DNA of 61,125 nt, filler included, from Sandaracinaceae bacterium (GTDB lineage: Bacteria > Myxococcota_A > Polyangia > Polyangiales > JADJQN01), in NCBI GenBank assembly GCA_947483975.1. It is 11 parts of 11 records of this genome, joined end to end, with 100 filler letters (N's around TTAATTAATTAA, not from the genome) between each part and the next. Parts side by side here need not be neighbours in the genome. Positions count along the whole stretch, not along the records: positions 55,743 to 61,125 come from CANKOL010000357.1; 10 more parts are not named here. One strand, given 5' to 3'. The notes under the pieces were generated by a model. It saw only the letters and a program-made list of their open reading frames with translations. It was not told where the DNA came from and did not search any database. Shown in pieces: positions 59,399 to 61,125 of this stretch (position 1 is the stretch's first letter; every line of letters starts with the position of its first letter). A program made the translations under genes and the position numbers.

Positions 59399-60414
59399 AG
59401 GCTGAGATCGCGGCGCGCGAAACCTTGCGCCCGCTGCACGGAGAACTCGTCGAAGAGCGACTCGAAGGCGCGCACGCCGGTCGCGCGCGGGAGCCGATGC
59501 ACCTGTTCGGGCAGGTGGTAGCGCCACGCGCCGCCGCGCTCGTAGCCGACGCCGTGCACGGGCGTGATCACCCGGTCGAGGAACGCGGCAGAGCTCTCGG
59601 CGAGCGAGCCGTCCTCCTCGATCAGCGCAAGCTCGACCTCGCAGCGGGCGAGGACGCTCTCCACCGGGCCGCCGAGCGCCTGCTCGCGCTCCGCCCAGCG
59701 TCCGCGCGCGACCTGCGCCGCGGTCAGGAGCGCGCGCGCGATCGACGAGCCGCGCGACGAGCGCCACAGCTTCGGGGCGCCGTGCTCGCGCACGAGGATC
59801 AGCACCTCGACGAAGCCGCGCGGGCGCCGGACGCTCTCCGGAAACGAGCCGAAGCGCGGCGCGCGGGCCCCGATGAGCAGCTCACGGGCGACCCGCGCCA
59901 TCGCGTCGCCGATGTGGGTCGGCACCTCGGGCGGCTCGCTGAGATCGTAGATCCCGGCGACCGGCGAGATCAGGCCCCCCGCGAAGCCCTCCACGTGCTG
60001 GAGCGCCGCGAGCTGGGCGCCAACCGAGGCACTCGCCGAGGCCACCGGGGAGTGACGGGCGTCGACGACGACACGCCGGACGCCCGCTGCACGGAGCACC
60101 GCCGAGAGCGCGCGACCGTCGTGCCCCTCGAGCGCGACCGCCGCGCCGGGGACGTCCCTCGCGCGGAGCACGCGGGTCTCGCCGCTCGCGAGGCGCTCGA
60201 GGTCCGTGCCGCCGATGAAGAGCACGTCGCCGCGGTCGCGCAGCTCTTGCTCGAGCGCGTCCCAGCCCGGCAGCGAGCGGCCCGCGAGGAGAAACGCCGC
60301 GGCCCCGGTGAGCACGAGCGCGACCGCGGCGACGAGCCAGCCGCTCGGCCTTCTGCGCTGCGTCGGCGGCGTCTGCGCGGTGGGCTCGTCCATCGTCTGC
60401 GCGCGGTCTATCAC
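59308..60414 (-). CDS. Membrane-anchored hypothetical protein, possible degenerate AMMECR1-like C-terminal domain
   Basis: N-terminal TM helix; F.....R..VEV..., ...EVELAL..., HGV...GG...YHLPEQ. ATGA overlap with the upstream gene. Confidence 0.55.
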   Translation of the reverse strand: MIDRAQTMDEPTAQTPPTQRRRPSGWLVAAVALVLTGAAAFLLAGRSLPGWDALEQELRDRGDVLFIGGTDLERLASGETRVLRARDVPGAAVALEGHDGRALSAVLRAAGVRRVVVDARHSPVASASASVGAQLAALQHVEGFAGGLISPVAGIYDLSEPPEVPTHIGDAMARVARELLIGARAPRFGSFPESVRRPRGFVEVLILVREHGAPKLWRSSRGSSIARALLTAAQVARGRWAEREQALGGPVESVLARCEVELALIEEDGSLAESSAAFLDRVITPVHGVGYERGGAWRYHLPEQVHRLPRATGVRAFESLFDEFSVQRAQGFARRDLSLYRLVVTPLGRSAAPATSGVGLAPAAAPAP

Positions 60415-61125
60415 GCCTTCGCGGCCCCGGAAACCGCGGGCTGTCGCGCGCCGGCGCTCGCGACGTCGATGCGCCAGACGACAGCCTCAGGCGCGAGCTC
60501 GTAGGCGCGGCGCGCGCCGACTCCGGTGGTGACGATGCGCGCGGCTCGACCGAGGAGCCGGCGCAGGCGCGCGATGGACGTGGTGATCGCAGACACGACC
60601 GACGCCGTCGGGCGCTGGCTCCACACGACGCGAGCCAGCTCGTCGAGGAACACCGGCTCCGGGCGGCGCGCGATCAGGTGCGCGAGGAGCGGCTCGATGG
60701 CGCGCATCCGGTCGAGGCGCCGCGCGCTCCGGCCGGGTACGAAGAGCAGCGCGCGCGAGCGGTCGAGCACGACGGCGTCGCGCGTCGCGATCAGCGCGTC
60801 GCGCTCGACCAGCGTGAGCGCCCGCGTGCCCTCGGGACCGAGCGCACGGAACGGCGCGCCGACGGGCACCGGCAGCGTCTGCTCGACCCAGGCGCGCGCG
60901 AGGTCCGCGCGGCCCTCCCGGCGCAGCGCCCCCTCGACGCGGATCGGACCGAGCCGGTCGAGCACCTCGATCGCGTACGCGGCCGTCGCCGCCTCGCCGC
61001 GCAGCGCGCCGAGCGCGAGCGCGACGACGTGCACGAGGTCCCCGCCGAGCACGAAGCCAGCCGGCTCCGTGAGCGCCGCGCACTTCGCGATGTAGGCCGT
61101 CGCGCCCTCGTCGTCGCCGAGCCAC
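60411..61125 (-). CDS. Protein with a C-terminal OmpR/PhoB-type winged-helix DNA-binding domain (5' truncated)
   Basis: LL..L......V..DELARVVW.......AITTSIARLRRLLG....I.T.....Y.L. Confidence 0.75.
   Translation of the reverse strand, partial: WLGDDEGATAYIAKCAALTEPAGFVLGGDLVHVVALALGALRGEAATAAYAIEVLDRLGPIRVEGALRREGRADLARAWVEQTLPVPVGAPFRALGPEGTRALTLVERDALIATRDAVVLDRSRALLFVPGRSARRLDRMRAIEPLLAHLIARRPEPVFLDELARVVWSQRPTASVVSAITTSIARLRRLLGRAARIVTTGVGARRAYELAPEAVVWRIDVASAGARQPAVSGAAKA

Noticed and set aside
56462..59767. 1101-aa minus-strand ORF and similar long ORFs (e.g. 5977-8448, 58420-60504, 53189-54907)
   Set aside because: Arg/Ala-rich shadow frames of real genes, expected at this GC content; no recognisable motifs.

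Overview
This window is not one locus. It is 11 separate contigs of about 5.4-5.6 kb, sorted by decreasing length and joined by artificial 100-nt N/TTAATTAATTAA linkers, so synteny is only meaningful within a contig. The DNA is very GC-rich. The gene content points to a myxobacterium, probably a Polyangiales/Sandaracinaceae-like metagenome bin: MJ0042 zinc-ribbon, PilZ, Hanks kinases, hybrid histidine kinases, a TSP3/OmpA-type outer-membrane protein and many Cys-rich lipoproteins. Housekeeping genes include ttcA, proBA, purBC, proS, punA-cdd-deaminase, pilD, ogt and a beta-oxidation pair. The most interesting items are: (1) a stand-alone mini-protein (93-aa ORF, ~65-aa core) that aligns without gaps to the N-terminal winged-helix/QRDR segment of GyrA/ParC; (2) a cobalamin riboswitch ahead of two surface lipoproteins resembling Bacteroidetes-type B12-capture proteins, next to a TonB-dependent receptor and interrupted by an IS1182-like element; (3) a BagAB/Get3-like ATPase pair translationally coupled to a beta-barrel gene; (4) a recurring TAnnnT element 6-11 nt before SD-less start codons; (5) a recurring D-[A/L/G/S]-G tether motif in secreted proteins; (6) a PlsA/PlsR-like reductase fragment. 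All family assignments come from motif recognition by eye; no database searches were run.
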